Shown one piece after another: positions 28,901-47,749 of a stretch of DNA of 64,000 nucleotides. Below the pieces are notes generated by a model. That model was not told the origin of the DNA. It saw nothing but the letters and a program-made list of their open reading frames with translations, and ran no database searches. A program made the translations under genes and the position numbers. Numbering within the stretch: the stretch's first letter is position 1; every line of letters begins with the position of its first letter. Origin of the DNA: Lingula anatina (taxonomy: Eukaryota > Animalia > Brachiopoda); the NCBI GenBank assembly GCA_051362555.1, contig CM120640.1:27366503-27430502 (forward strand), read 5' to 3'.

Positions 28901-31900
28901 AACTGCATATTAGCAGTATTTACACGGTCCTATGCCCTTTCTGTAATACAAGTCCATTTTTTAAGGAATCATACCTAATAATCACTTAGGTTAGGTGTCA
29001 CCACCCAATTTCTAAAACATACTAACAGAATCAGTTAACTGCATCATGTTTCCAAAACTCTCCTATTTCACAAATATTTTGACCATGAGATCTTTATTAT
29101 TCATAACACTAAAAATGACCTTATACATGATTGTCTACAAATAATTCCCTTGTTCCATCAAGAACAATCTAAGCTAAACAGATACAGAGTTATTGCAAAG
29201 GCCAAGAGCAAACACAGCATTCTACATTCATTTTTTCGAAAAGCTAATTTACTGAAATAGATATCTGTCTTCCTAAACTGTTGCCAGAAAAATCAGCACG
29301 GCTCCAAAATTTTTCAGTCAAGGCAATTTTCATTTATGAAGAAAACATCTTATCCGTTGGTAAAGAAGTCTAATGTGTAAATTTTACATTTAAGGAAACT
29401 TCCATAACTGCATAGAAATTGAATAATTTTATTTTCTCAAGTACATCTTTAATATTTTGATTGAGTAATATTTGATAAAATCCATAAATATTTGTTTGAC
29501 TGGATGAACACTTAGATAAAATAGTGTTTTAGTGTAATAAATTCAGACTAAAATCGATCAGTACCTAGTTATCTATATTCAAAAGGCATCTATCACACAC
29601 AATAAAAAAAAATATAACAACTGGTTATTCTAGGTCTCAATGGGTATGAAAATTGCAACATTTAAAAGAACCCTTCTCAAAATGAACAAAATTCTCAACC
29701 GATCAACAAACGTTTGCACACCTCTAACACAAGGGGTCAAGTAAGAAGAATTTCTGTTACAGTCTTCATCTAAATTTTGATATCTGTGTAATCAGCTGAA
29801 ATCACTGAAGATGACTTATATTATACTTACAGTAATAAGGGTAGAACATGACTTAGTAGCTCCCTGTCACACTAAGTAGCACTTCAGTACGACATTCCCT
29901 GTGCTAAACTAATTGAACTAATTAGATGTCCATGGTCAGCAGAAGAAATGGTTGCTCTATGCAGATGCTCCATCATATGTTTTCGATAATGAAACTGTAT
30001 ATGGAAGCCCAAGGCCTGACTTAATTCCCTTTGTTCTGGGCTGGTATGAACTTGAATGCCCTACTACAACCTTTTGATATGGTAAAAAAAAAAGTCAGCC
30101 TATGCCTACCAGCTGTCAGTCATAGAGGAATAGTTTCTGTGCTGGGTTGGATATGAAAAGCACAGATTACTTTAGCACTGCTACAGCTTGAGAGGACGAC
30201 TTATTTTCCACAAAATTGATTTTTGCACAATCCTGCCAGAAATGAGAGACTACAAATTACTTGATAAATGGATGGTTAGCTGCATTAATGTGGATTTACT
30301 ATTGCAGCTTTGTTGCTTTGCCTTCAGGAATATTCCTTATAAATTCACAAAGATTATAAATATCAAAAGGACAGATTATCCAAAAACTTGCAACTGCTCT
30401 TGCATAAATTTACAATTTCCATAACTACTAATTCTTCTTTCTCACAATTCATCAATAAAATAAAAAATTCCATAAATTTACTCTAAAAAGCTACATTTAT
30501 TTGCAATGAAAAAAAGCACACTTTTTAAGGCACACAATGCATGTTGGACCTTTATACTGGAAAAAAAGGGAAAATTCAACAACAATTTTGTAAAGATACA
30601 AAATGTGTTTTTTTTTCATAACGCACCTGGATTGTTTCAAGGTATTGTGTTTTGACATGTATTTTAGCAGTGCTAAGTGTTTCTGTCTAATTTTTTGTTA
30701 AACTGCTGTTTGAGAAATAAAACTCTTAAAAACAAATGTCATTGAATACACACTGAAAATTAGGAAAACAAAACTGTTGACAAAATTAAAACTTCAAGAA
30801 GGACTAGAAATAACATTTCTAAGAGCAAACTGATGATAGATGTACAAATAATAACTGTTTAAAAATCCAGGGTCACATTTCACATCTTGCCTAATTCCTT
30901 GTGCTATTGTTATTGGTACTAAGACCTAGATGTGGCTTGACTGATATATGTAGCACTTTGAAATACAGACCTCATAAATGACAATTGCCGTTTGCTAACA
31001 CGAGCCTTGGATTTGGGAGCACAAATGCACAAATTAATTAATAACTCCAGACACAAATTAAGTACCCTAAAATCATTTGCCACAAGCCCAGCATTTGGTT
31101 ACACTAACATTTTCGCCAGCCTCTATCTGGGTCTCTGGCTGCAAACATAGGCCCCTTACGGGTTCTTCTTATCAACCATACTGTGTATTAATACAGCAGC
31201 AGTGCGAACTCCACTATCTCCGGTTATGGAAAGTACTGAACTGGTAGATAAGTGGATAAACTCTTTGTGTTTTGAAACATTGGGCTTGTGGCAATTAAAT
31301 TAATGTTGGGCTTCTTAATTTGTGGCTGGAGTCACCAATTTGGGCATTTGTGCCCACAAATATGAGGCTCAAGTTAGCAAATGCCTAATCTATTTATAAG
31401 GCCTGAAATAAAAAGGTTCTCAGTTAAATTTGTTTAAGTAAATTAAATTTGATGTGTTTTGAACAAAGAAACTAATGACACTTTTTTCATTTGACAACAA
31501 AAGATATTCAATTTTTTTAAAATAAGTATCCATTATTACATAAAGATGTAAAATGGAGATGCAACATTTGAGAAATTAATACTTACTCATTTCACGTACA
31601 TGGATGATTAATCTGGCAACCAGGGCCAAGTATTCATCCTAGAAAAATGGAAACAACATCAGAAAATAAAAATTAACATTATCTAAACTTATTTTTTAAA
31701 ATCCATTTATCACCAAAACTGAAGCAAAATCTTCAACATCTGATACATTTCTCAGCAAATCCTACAAATATCAACTTGTGCAAGACACTTCTAGGAGAGG
31801 TAGGGTTCAAAAGGCAAAACATGACTTCATAATAGCAGGTGAACAAAACAATTGTGTTGTACTGTAACGCAATGGTTTTCTTACATGATTTTTGAGATTC

Positions 31901-33282
31901 AATATCATATCCTTAAAAAGTTGTTTATGTGTGTTCACACAGGTTAAATTTAGACTGGAAGATAATCAACAGCAATTCAACTTAGCGGTTAAGAAGATCT
32001 GCTCCAGCCATGTTGCTGTGCAGTGGTTTTCTTAAAAGCGAAAGAGAGGGTCCCAGTTGCATTGACTGTCTGATGAAAGAGAATGACGTAGTTTCTATAA
32101 TTAGCCCTATGTGGTTATCTTACTTCAAGGCTAAAATCACAGGTGAATGCATAAACATTTCCTACAGCCAAATAGGCAAATTCATATTCAAGGACTTTCA
32201 AGAATTTCTGTGATTCTAATTCTTGACTTTTTAAAAACTAAAATGTAAATGAGGACAGCATACTTTCACTGACAAGTGTCATACAAAAAAAGAAAAAACT
32301 GTAAATCCTACACTTTTACACATTGATGATATAAACAATTTTGAACTACCATGAAACAAAGAAAGAATGAAATACAGCGATTTCCAAAAAGGGCATTCTC
32401 TCCAGTCAACCTAATCTTTCTGAAAATTTTTTTTAAACCTTCGCCAAGGAGGTTATGTTTTCAACCCTGTTTGTTTGTCTGTCTGTCTTTCTCTCTGTCT
32501 GTCTCTCTGTCTGTCTGTCATCAACATAACTCAAAAAGTTATGAACCAATTTTGATGAAATTTTCAGGAACTGTCAGAAGTGAGCCAAGGAACAGGTGAT
32601 TAGTGTTTGGTGGTGATCCGGATCAGTAAATAATCAATAATCAAAAGTATCGAAAATTTAGGGGTGAAACGGCATTGGATGGAGACTTTGCTGCCTTGGT
32701 GGAGGTCTGCGCTCTCTGAGTGTTTTTCTAGTTTTGTAATAAAATGAAATGCTAAGATGCTTCTTCCAATGCTCATTCACTCTGAAACTGAACCAGGCCA
32801 TTATCAATGTCATGTACAACATGTTAATCAACATTTTCATCTTATACTTATGATGATAAAATGGCAACAGTTTACTAGTAGTTAATATCAACCATTCTTT
32901 TAAATCCAGTCTTTTTTTATGTTGACACAATATTCTTCTTGTGATATCTTTAGTAACTTTCAACTTTATCACACCCCCTCTAACAGTTCCAGCACCTTGT
33001 TACGTTTTTATTTTTTTAATTTTTTTTTTACTTTTGTAAAAAAAAAAAAAAAAAACAACATTTAAAATTATTTTTGTGAAACTGCTCAGTGATCATATTC
33101 AAGTTCTAATACTTTTTAAGGATAAAAACCATAGAATATAAGCTCTATTTAAAGTTTATTGTGATTTAGAGTACTTTTTAAGGCCAGAAATTGAATTCAA
33201 GGTGCAGAGCCAAATTCAAGCACTTTTCAAGCCTATATGAACCCTGATAAAGTGTTACAAGATTTATCCTTAAATATACTTT

Positions 33283-33331
<49 letters not shown>

Positions 33332-36125
33332 TTAACTAAGGCAAAACAAAGTGAAATCTGTCAATACACATGTCTGTTAACCCCATAGGATCCGGTTAAT
33401 GCTGACCCATAAAGTTCTGTTGTGCCCAATTAATTCTGTGAGCTAGCCTTGAAAAGCCGGGTCACCTCAGTAAATTGGCCATAATTTATTTGTTTTCCTT
33501 TATTACCCATACAAAGTATACATTTTTAAAAAGCCAATATTTCAAGCTAAATGAAAATAGAATTACATTTAAATTCAACATGCAGTATCAAGAGTTATGG
33601 CCGGTTAAAAAGTACATTTTCATTTGGTAATGGGTGAAATAAAACAAAGTTGATTTATCTTATGCACATTATTTTTTTATTTCTCCATACATTTGCCTGA
33701 AAATTCACAGATATGATGTCAATTATAGTAACTTTCAATCCAGGAAATTTCAGCAAGTTACCTCCATTAATTTCCAAGTTATGCTCGTTTTGCTATCAGG
33801 TATACTTGAGCCAGCTTTTCAGCTCACCTGAACTTCGTGGCCAGGGCTGAATAGAAGTCAAATTTTAACACCATCTATGACAAAACACATCTATAAAACT
33901 TATATCATAAATAAAGGAATATCATCGCCACTGTCTATATCACTGTCACTCAAAAACACCTCAAAAACAGTGTCGTAGTTTTCAATCATTTCAATACAAG
34001 TATCCATTCGCAGGCCCCTTCCGTAGTGAGAAGTCACCATTTTGATTTTACTTTCTCCAGCTAAGTCTAGAAAATCGCCGATTTCTCGCTCATATATATT
34101 TCTATCGTCCTTTATATCATAAATAAATGAATAACATCGTCACTGTCTATGTCACTGTCACACGAAAACTTCTCATCAAACTCCGGGTTTTCAATCATTT
34201 CAATAACAGTATCCCTTCGTAGATCCCTACCGTAGCGAGGAGCCGCCATCTTGATTTTACTTTCTCCAACTACGTCTTGAAAATCACCGTTTTCTCGCTC
34301 ATATATATTTCTATCACCTTTAAAAATGGTGGCAATGAGAGACAAGAAACATACCCGGGTGTTAAACTATATATCATTTCATGACTCACGATACAAAAGA
34401 GTACAGAAGCCGGTCTTTCCAAGATACGCACATATGCGGTTCTGGGCGTTTGGGGTAAGCGATAATTGAACCGCACATATGCGGTGACGGGCTCTATGGG
34501 GTTAAAACAAGGTAGATTATCAAATGAATAACTTTTTACTCTGGGTTTCAGTTGTGTAAAAAGTCAAAATTGCATACAAATTGGATCCATTTCTTGCTTG
34601 ACCATCAGCTCTTTTAGACTCTAGTGTCCAAAGAAAAAATTTGTGGTCTGTCAATCAATCGTGATCAATGCTTGCAGCAAAATTTTTATATCTAAAATAT
34701 CTTAGGCAGATAAAATTTGATTGGCTCTATCAGATGTAATGTTTGATATTTAAATTCAGAAAGAGCTGAAGGTTAAGGTGTTTAGGAAAACAAGGTGATC
34801 TTTAGCAGGCACAAAACCCACAGAATTAGTTCAATCCATTTAACCACTAAACCATCACCTTAAACTTCACATGTAATGGCAAGGAATCCCACAAATTTAA
34901 TAACAGGGATGGGACTAGTTCTCACTGAAAAAGTAGGAAAATTGGTCGTGGGGTCCAGGGTACATAATTCACAAGAATGACCCAAATGACCCTGAAAAAG
35001 TTGGAATTCTGACAGAAGTTAGAAAAGTCTCATCAGTGTAACATGGATTTATACCAGAATGTCAGAAATATGTTAATTCACTATTTACTTCTTTATTTAG
35101 GAGAGGGTTTAATAAACTAGAAGTTCACAAGCCAGCATCAATAAAGATATTTAAGAACTTTGGTCTAAATTTGTGCACAATTGTCTATTCTACTTACCCT
35201 GGTTTTTGCTTTCTGAAACACATGGTTCTCCATTTCATAGGGAGACTTACTGGTTGGACTTCCTGCATGGCGGACAGCTTCATCACTAGATCAACAAAAT
35301 AAACAACTGTGGTATCATTATCACACAGCAGTTATATCTGATTTAATTTAACATTGTTTTAATTATCTGTGGGATAAATAAATTATTTGGGGGTAAAATT
35401 TGTTTAAAGAGAGTTTTTCAACAAACATTATTTGCTGGTCTATTTGTGCTTAAAGTAGAAAACACTGGCACATTTATTTTTTTGTCTTTGTTTAAATAAT
35501 TTAATAACTTATAGACTCTCTGCTCATTCTGCATCATCTGCTCATTTGTTTTATTCAAAGGCAGAAAAAAAGTTATGAGCAATGAATGGTATATACTTAT
35601 CTCTTGCCTGAAATAATGCATTTGAAGGTCAAGAATGATCTGAAATACCTTTTTTAATTTTATAGACCTGGCCAGGTCTATAAAATTAAAAAAGGTATTT
35701 CAGATCATTCTTGACCTTCAAATGCATCATTTCAGGCAAGAGATAAGTAGTCTCTTAAGAAATAATGATGTTCATTTTGGGACTCTAAGTCTATTTAAAT
35801 TCTGTCTAAATTCTTTGATTCTGGGTTTAGTTTTCTTATATAATTCTTGACATGGCAACCACTTTTTGTTTCATTTAGCATAAGTCTCAAGCATAAGCAT
35901 ATTGAGTCTACTGAACCATGGCTATCCAGTTTTTCTCTGAATTCTTATATATTATATATATATTTGATAATTAACTATTTTTCATTTAATGCATTCTTCT
36001 TAACTACAAGCCTTTTTTATGAACCACGAATTAATACAACAGACATTTCACAATGTGTTGGGATGTGCACCACTTTATGTTTACAAGATGCATACGTTGT
36101 ATAAAGTATTTTAATATACATCAGT

Positions 36126-36181
<56 letters not shown>

Positions 36182-36542
36182 GGAAGAATCGTTTCACACT
36201 ACATCCAGCAGGAAAAGTTGAAAACTTTCTTATGTGACAAATTAAACTGCACGACACTTTAGATAATCGAAAATTGTGCGCTCGGGAAAAGAGGTCGTTT
36301 TAAGGTTTGACCGCTGAATGCCCCCAACGATTACGTAACATGTAAGCTGCATTCAAGCCAAGCGAGTTGTTTACATTTGCAGAACATTTGATTTCCTCAG
36401 TAATAACGACATCAGTTGATTTCAGATCTAAGTACACACAAAGGACACCTGTACAAGTTGTGTCAAATGTACAAACTTACATTTGAATTATAACTTTTTG
36501 TCGAAATTGCTGAGTCCGCCAGTCCTCGGCTTTCTCGGCCAT
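19581..36542 (-). CDS. MED15: Mediator complex subunit 15, about 536 aa, 16 coding exons
   Basis: Exons 36542-36481, 35285-35198, 31638-31587 (KIX domain: DWRTQQFRQKVIIQIDEAV...EMENHVFQKAKTRDEYLALVARLIIHVRE), 28476-28300 (DPINALQNL), 28096-28005, 27753-27667, 26179-26130, 25794-25658, 22362-22222 (YLDKLKQLSKYIEPLRRMINKIDK), 21979-21916, 21740-21674, 21472-21294, 20869-20703, 20353-20255, 19948-19851 and 19631-19581 (EMSVRQAC...). All GT-AG and phase-consistent. The low-complexity middle exons are less certain. Confidence 0.95.
22697..25510 (-). mobile_element. Second HINE-type element nested in opposite orientation, carrying a tandem array
   Basis: Subterminal IRs TTGTACCACCAGC (22734-22746) and GCTGGTGGTACAA (25494-25506). 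3' hairpin GAGGCGGTATCGCCTC and CTAGTT end on the minus strand. Confidence 0.75.
22905..24525. repeat. Tandem array of a 146-bp unit, 11 copies (last one partial)
   Basis: Units start at about 22905, 23049, 23195, 23341, 23487, 23633, 23778, 23977, 24123, 24269 and 24415. One unit carries an extra 53-bp internal duplication. Confidence 0.95.
25831..25900. repeat. (AT)n microsatellite
   Basis: Direct reading. Confidence 0.95.
30966..31405. mobile_element. MITE with long TIRs and 5-bp TSD (hAT5-like)
   Basis: CAGACCTCATAAAT ... ATTTATAAGGCCTG with about 130 bp of imperfect inverted similarity. AAATA is duplicated at 30961-30965 and 31406-31410. Confidence 0.8.
32431..32733 (+). mobile_element. 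HINE-type element, uninterrupted copy
   Basis: CCTTCGCCAAGGAGGTTATG, (GTCT)n, CCTTGGTGGAGG, hairpin GCGCTCTCTGAGTGT, CTAGTT. Highly similar to 22515-22695. Confidence 0.8.
33284..33331. repeat. (CTAT)n microsatellite
   Basis: Direct reading. Confidence 0.95.
33381..34501 (-). mobile_element. Non-autonomous piggyBac-type element
   Basis: TTAA|CCCCATAG ... CTATGGGG|TTAA. Internal ~212-bp direct duplication (33900-34111 and 34112-34321). Repeated CGCACATATGCGGT near the right end. Confidence 0.8.
35594..35749. repeat. Spacer-less palindrome, 2 x 78 bp, one mismatch
   Basis: Centre ...ATAGACCTGG|CCAGGTCTAT... at 35671/35672. The arms are reverse complements except at one position. Confidence 0.95.
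36127..36177. repeat. Poly-A run
   Basis: Direct reading. Confidence 0.9.
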
Positions 36543-36810
36543 GTTGTCGTGAGTATGACTTCCGGTGTTTTCATCCTCGTCTTCAATCCAAGATGTCAGC
36601 CGCCATGTAACACGTTACCCTCTCCCAAATTCTGACCCCTGACGTGGATTGTAACTGGCCGTGGCTTTACTGACTGCTGTCGTTCTAAAAATTGCCGTTT
36701 GCTTATGTTAACGTTGTATTTTTATTCAAATTGTTGTGGCATTTTCATAAGACAGTTCTGTAAAACCATAGCGAATCCACGGTCAGTGTTACCGAAGAAA
36801 CTATTTTAGA
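36543..36810. promoter_or_regulatory. Bidirectional promoter region MED15 / CYB5D2
   Basis: 268 bp between divergent ATGs, CpG-enriched. Contains ETS-type ACTTCCGG (~36559), GCCGCCAT (~36599) and TGACGT (~36640). Confidence 0.75.
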
Positions 36811-38479
36811 ATGGGAATCAAAACAACAATTTTGTCATTCCTTGTTGTTGTTGTAGCTTTGTTTTTGACACTGGAAGTGTTTCAGTCCCAGCGTGACTTC
36901 TTGTCGTCCAGAATGAACGACTTTCTTGTCTTAGTACGGTCGTTGGGGTCTGATTCCAAAAGTATTCATAAAGTATCTAAAAAGACGAGTGCTTCTAGTA
37001 AGATATTTACGAAGGACGAGTTGGCCACTTTTGATGGAAGTGAATCAAGTAATGGACTGTATTTGGCTATTTTTGGAAAGGTTTATGATGTATCCAAAGG
37101 TCACCAACACTATGGCCCAGGTGGAGGATATCACTTTTTTGTTGGTAATTATATATGTATTTTAAAACGCTGACTGTAAGGAGACATTGCTCTCTGACTC
37201 AGTGACTGCTATTTACTAGTAGTTTTGAGAGAAGGACCCTTTGACAGAACTTGATTGCAATGATGGGACAGTGACTAATACCAGATAGAAAGATCATTCA
37301 CTCTTTCATCTGTTATTGTTGCTTTTTATTTATACTAAGGATGTGCGTAGTTTACATTTTAGAAACACCCATGCAAGATGCTGTTATAAGTTAAAGTGAG
37401 ACTGTGGTTATATAATATTGTTTTAAGTTAAACAGCTAACACATATTAATTTAATACTCAATATTATGTTGGACATTCATTATTCATTAAGCTTGAATTT
37501 TGTGTCAATTTTAGGTAAAGATGGAACAAGAGCCTTTGTGACAGGAGAGTTTACCAGTACTGGGCTCATTGATGATGTTACAGGATTAGAACATAAAGAC
37601 ATGCTGGGATTGACAGATTGGGTCAAATTTTATGAATCATCTTATAAATATGTTGGTTAGTAAATATATTTTTCAGAAATGTGAAAACTATTTTTTTTTT
37701 CGGACTGTAATTATAGTCTTTTGCGTAATGTACTTGGTATACGTGTTTGTGTGTGTGTTTTTTTCAATAAAACATCTTTAGATGCAGTAAAATATCACAG
37801 GGTTTAACATTTTCAGGGAAAGTTATAGGAAATTTTTATGACAGTGAAGGAAAGCCAACCCCAGCTCTTCACCAAGCTCGAAAAGCCATTAAGGTTGCTG
37901 AAAAACATAAAAAGGCCGATGAAGATGACAGGCATATGTATCCAGCTTGTAACTCAGAATGGGCTCAAGGCAAAGGAGGACGACTTTGGTGCTCTCCCAT
38001 GAGGTGAGTAAGAAATGGAATGTCAAAAGTACTTTTCTGTGTAGAAATGAACAATTTTTCAATTGTTTTTCTTTAGATACACTAGTAAGAAGAAACCAGG
38101 ATAATATTTTACTGCATGTTTTAAAAATGCAGTAAAAGTTCAAATACTCAATTAATAGTAAAACAATTTACATCTACTTATAGCGTACAATATGCCATGT
38201 GTGACTGGTTATAATTAGATATCAACATTGATCCAGTACATGATCATAGGTCAAGCATTTAATTGCAGTGGCGGTATTGAAAGGGACTGGTCAGGTGTGC
38301 CAAGGAGGTATTACAAGCCAGGCAGTACCCAGTCTCGCTGTGCATGCATCAAGACATCTGGCCCACCATCTGACAATCCCTTGTTAAAGGAACATAAAAA
38401 CAGAGGTGATCTGGATAACCCAAATTTCAGGCTATATGATAACTGTGATCCAATGTCAGATTCATGCAGAATTACGTAG
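36811..38479 (+). CDS. CYB5D2: Neuferricin (cytochrome b5 domain-containing protein 2, MAPR family), 290 aa
   Basis: Exons 36811-37144, 37515-37655, 37817-38003 and 38269-38479 splice in frame. Hydrophobic N-terminus, cyt-b5-like domain (LYLAIFGKVYDVSKGHQHYGPGGGYHFFVGKDGTRAFVTGEF), and YPACNSEW...WCS...SGGIERDWSGVPRR C-terminal region. Confidence 0.95.
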
Positions 38480-39952
38480 CTGCAAAATCAGACAAATTCT
38501 TGTTTCTTAAAAAAAATTAATAAATATAAAAAACTGACAGCTTATTTTGCTTTTTGAGGGGTATTACTGTGATAAAGGAACAATTGTGATGTTACTACAT
38601 ATGGAATGTAGAAATAATGTCAATATTGCATGGAATAAAATTTGGACTTTGTACATGTCTGAAAATTTATGTCATTTAATATTTATATCCTGTTAGAATA
38701 AGATATTGTGCAATATTTTTAATCAGTATGCAAGTTTGTTCAAAGAAGAGATCTGAATTCTGTACAACCAGATATATATATATATATATATATATATGCA
38801 ATATAAAGAACCTGTGCTAAATATTAGTACTCGTTGTCTTAACTTGTGATATGTGTGTGTGTGTGTGTTTGTGTGTGCTGTTAATATGAAGAGCAAGAAT
38901 CAGTTAAATTTTCTTATAAAGTTTAATTTGCAAGAAAAAGAAAACATCTCTATCATTTTCAACGTATATAATGCTATGCATTAAAATCATTAAGTCTCTG
39001 GTTAACAAAATGTGCATGATCCTAAAACATTTGCAACCATTTAGAACTGTATCTGTTAATGGTCAGTGTTACGGTAATGGCAGTGAAGTATTGAACCTAC
39101 ATTGGAAGAACTGCCATAAAGAAGAGATAACACTCGATATAGAGAACACATCTATGTACTACAGCACTCTTAAAGAGGACAATTACAGTAGATACACAAA
39201 ACATATTGCTAATAAATAATTAACCTTTCTCCTTTAAATAAAATATGACAAGATATTAGGGATATGAGCATGCAACTTACTTTCCCCACAGGAAATGATT
39301 TACACATGTATTTTGACCTATCAAGCTGCATAGATCTTTTCAGTTCATATAAAACAATGCTCATTATCCAGAAAAACACGTAAATTGTGCAGGGATAAAT
39401 ATCTAACAAATTGCATCAGAATAAAATATTCTCAAAAACTCTTTTACAGCCTTAAAACATTTTTTTAAATTTACAGTTACAGCATACTAAGTCACCAGAG
39501 CACGAGATTAAATGTACAAATTCACAAGATCTGCTTTGAGTTAACTTAGTTACATGGTAACTTAAGTAATAACACTTAACTCACTATAACACAGCTTATC
39601 AACAGGTGATAAACATTACAATATCTGACCTCAGGCTGAAATATTGCCAACTGCGGCTAGGATAGGTAATTGCAACAACATCCAGCAACCTTTTTTTTTA
39701 CATTAAATTTATGACCAAAAAGCAGGGTTGCTGTCTCTACACGTGCACTTTGGTACCCATTCTTATTGTTAAATAAAATGTTTACAAATAAATCTGAACA
39801 TTTTGAGTAGAGAAATGTTGACAATTATGAAAATGTATGCATGAAAAAATGTATTTGCTAATTCACAACATATGAACAATTGATCTCCCATAACAGAAAA
39901 GAGTGTATATTTTTCAGATTTCTACACTTCTTGTATGATTTGTAATTTGCTG

Positions 39953-41330
39953 AACTAGACAGCAAAGCTGACAAATATACAGACACAATACAGGAACAAG
40001 GCAGCAAAGCTGTCAAATGTTCAGACATTACGCAGAAAATAGTGCACAATATAGTATTTTGGCCAATTTTGATGCACTGTTAGATAATGCTTTAAAATAG
40101 CATAATCAATCTTACCCTCTTATATTATGTACTACAGGTAACATGGACATTGAAAAACTAGCAAGTAATTCAATTCCATATGATGTAAAAGCCATTGAAA
40201 ATGCGAATGTGTGAAATAAGAAATTTAACACATGAAAATACAGAATAATTACCTTGAATGTTAACCAATCATGCCGATTTTTGAAAGCAACCTGCCTCTT
40301 TTCCAAACAAGGCAACTCAGAAAATTTAGAGTAAAACCAAAATACTGTTTGGCAGTTATGACGCAAACATCACCAAAATTGTGCAAAAAAAAGAAAAAAA
40401 TGACGTTAAAGTAAACTCATCATGCTGATATTTGAAAGAAACCTGGTCCTTTGCCAAACAAAGCCACTCAATAATTTAAAGTAAAACAAAAATATGATTT
40501 GGAAGTTATGGGACGAACATCAACATTGTGCAAAAAAACATAATAATTACCGTTAATGTAAGCCGATCGTGCCAATTTTCCAAAACAACCTTGTCGGGTC
40601 CGACATAAAGATCATACGAAGTCGTATGACGTAATGTCTTGTAGTCTAATAACTCTTGAGTAATGTGGCGGTCTCTGTGTATGACGCCGAGGTAAAGAAA
40701 TTAACTATACAATTAAAGGTAATTAGGTTTGACGTACACCTCACACTAGTGCAGCACTGAATCCATGGAAAGATAACAAAATGGTATTTAAGCGATGAGA
40801 ATTAAAGGAGGGAGGAGAGATACGGGGAGTGATGTAAAAGGAAGCAGCGGAGAAGGAGATTGGAAGCGACGGAGTATGGAGCTGAGGAGTTAAGAGTTGG
40901 AGGCTTCACTTAGAATATGTAGTTACCTAGCGTCAACGAATAAATCATTTAACTGGTCATTATGTGGACTTGGGTTTTCTTTGCGCGACCTTACGTAAAT
41001 CTGACACGAACCAAGAATTTCAAATTGCGTTATCCACTGAGTAAGTCTAAAACGTAATGTCCTATTTCGAGCCCACGCTTGAATTAAGCGTTCTAAATTA
41101 TATAAGTTTAGGACATTCATCTCATATGTATATGAAAAGGTTCATTACAACCTAACTCTTTACCAAACAAAGACACTCAGTAAATTTTAAGTAAAACATA
41201 CATACAGTTTGGCAGTTACGGGGCTAACGTCATGTGTCTGACAGCGATAGGGATGGCGATGGCAACAGCGACAACGCAGACAGACCAATCAGAATATATA
41301 CAGACACTTACAGTGTCTGTATATAAAAAT
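39953..41330 (-). mobile_element. HINE-type element immediately downstream of the ATE1 stop codon
   Basis: 5' IR TATATACAGACAC-TGTAA-GTGTCTGTATATA (41296-41325). 3' subterminal GTGTCTGTATAT, CAGC-TTT-GCTG hairpin and CTAGTT at 39953-39985. Internal diverged ~155-bp repeats at 40225-40590 resume at 41150. Confidence 0.7.
40592..41149 (+). mobile_element. Solo LTR (558 bp), Gypsy-like
   Basis: TG...CA termini (TGTCGG...TTACA). ACCT 4-bp duplication at 40588-40591 and 41150-41153. TATTTAA at 40785 and AATAAA at 40939. Interrupts a repeat unit of the host element. Confidence 0.8.
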
Positions 41331-41351
41331 AATTGTGACAGGATCCATTTC

Positions 41352-46973
<5,622 letters not shown>

Positions 46974-47266
46974 TGTAATACAAACAAATTGTGGGCATTT
47001 AGAGTTGCTGATGCTTCCTTGTTGTCGGGCACCCTTAGTTTTGAACAACATTCTAGATGGCGCTCATATAATGAAAAATCCCAAGAGGCAAATCTGAAAT
47101 TTATTATGATCCAGCTTGAGCAATCAATCCTAAGAATGACTGAGATACAAATAACATTATATATAACATTTTAATGAGGTGATGAATACATTTCATATTT
47201 TGAAATTATAATTTTGATCAAATCACATGTTGCATCTTGATTGACCTATTTCTTAAATTGGTAAAC
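46974..47266. promoter_or_regulatory. Bidirectional promoter region ATE1 / BCKDHB
   Basis: 293 bp between divergent ATGs. Contains TTCTAGATGGCGCT (~47051-47064), which resembles CTCF/YY1-type cores. Confidence 0.7.
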
Positions 47267-47686
47267 ATGGCCCCCTGTTTCAGAGCGGTTTGTGCAAATC
47301 GCTATAAACTTTTATCAATTAATAAGTTATTTAATGCACCACCGTGTATACGAAACGCGAAAAGATATTCTTCGTCATTTACTTACTATCCAGATGTATC
47401 ACCAACAGAGCTTGGTAAGTTTATTTGCACAAAAACCGGCATTTGAATTAAAAGTGTACTCGGACGTACACATTTATTGGTTAAAAATTCAGCGTCTTTT
47501 TTTTTTACTATGTATTGATTTTCTTTGCTAATCGTGAAGTAAAAAGCATAAATTTTATGAATATGATTTCTTTTTCTAGGCGAAACGACCCGTATGAATT
47601 TGTTTCAATCCCTAACCAATGCTATGGATATTGCCCTGGCATCAGACCCATCAGCAGGTAACCTGGAAATGTTTGATTATAATAAA

Positions 47687-47749
<63 letters not shown>

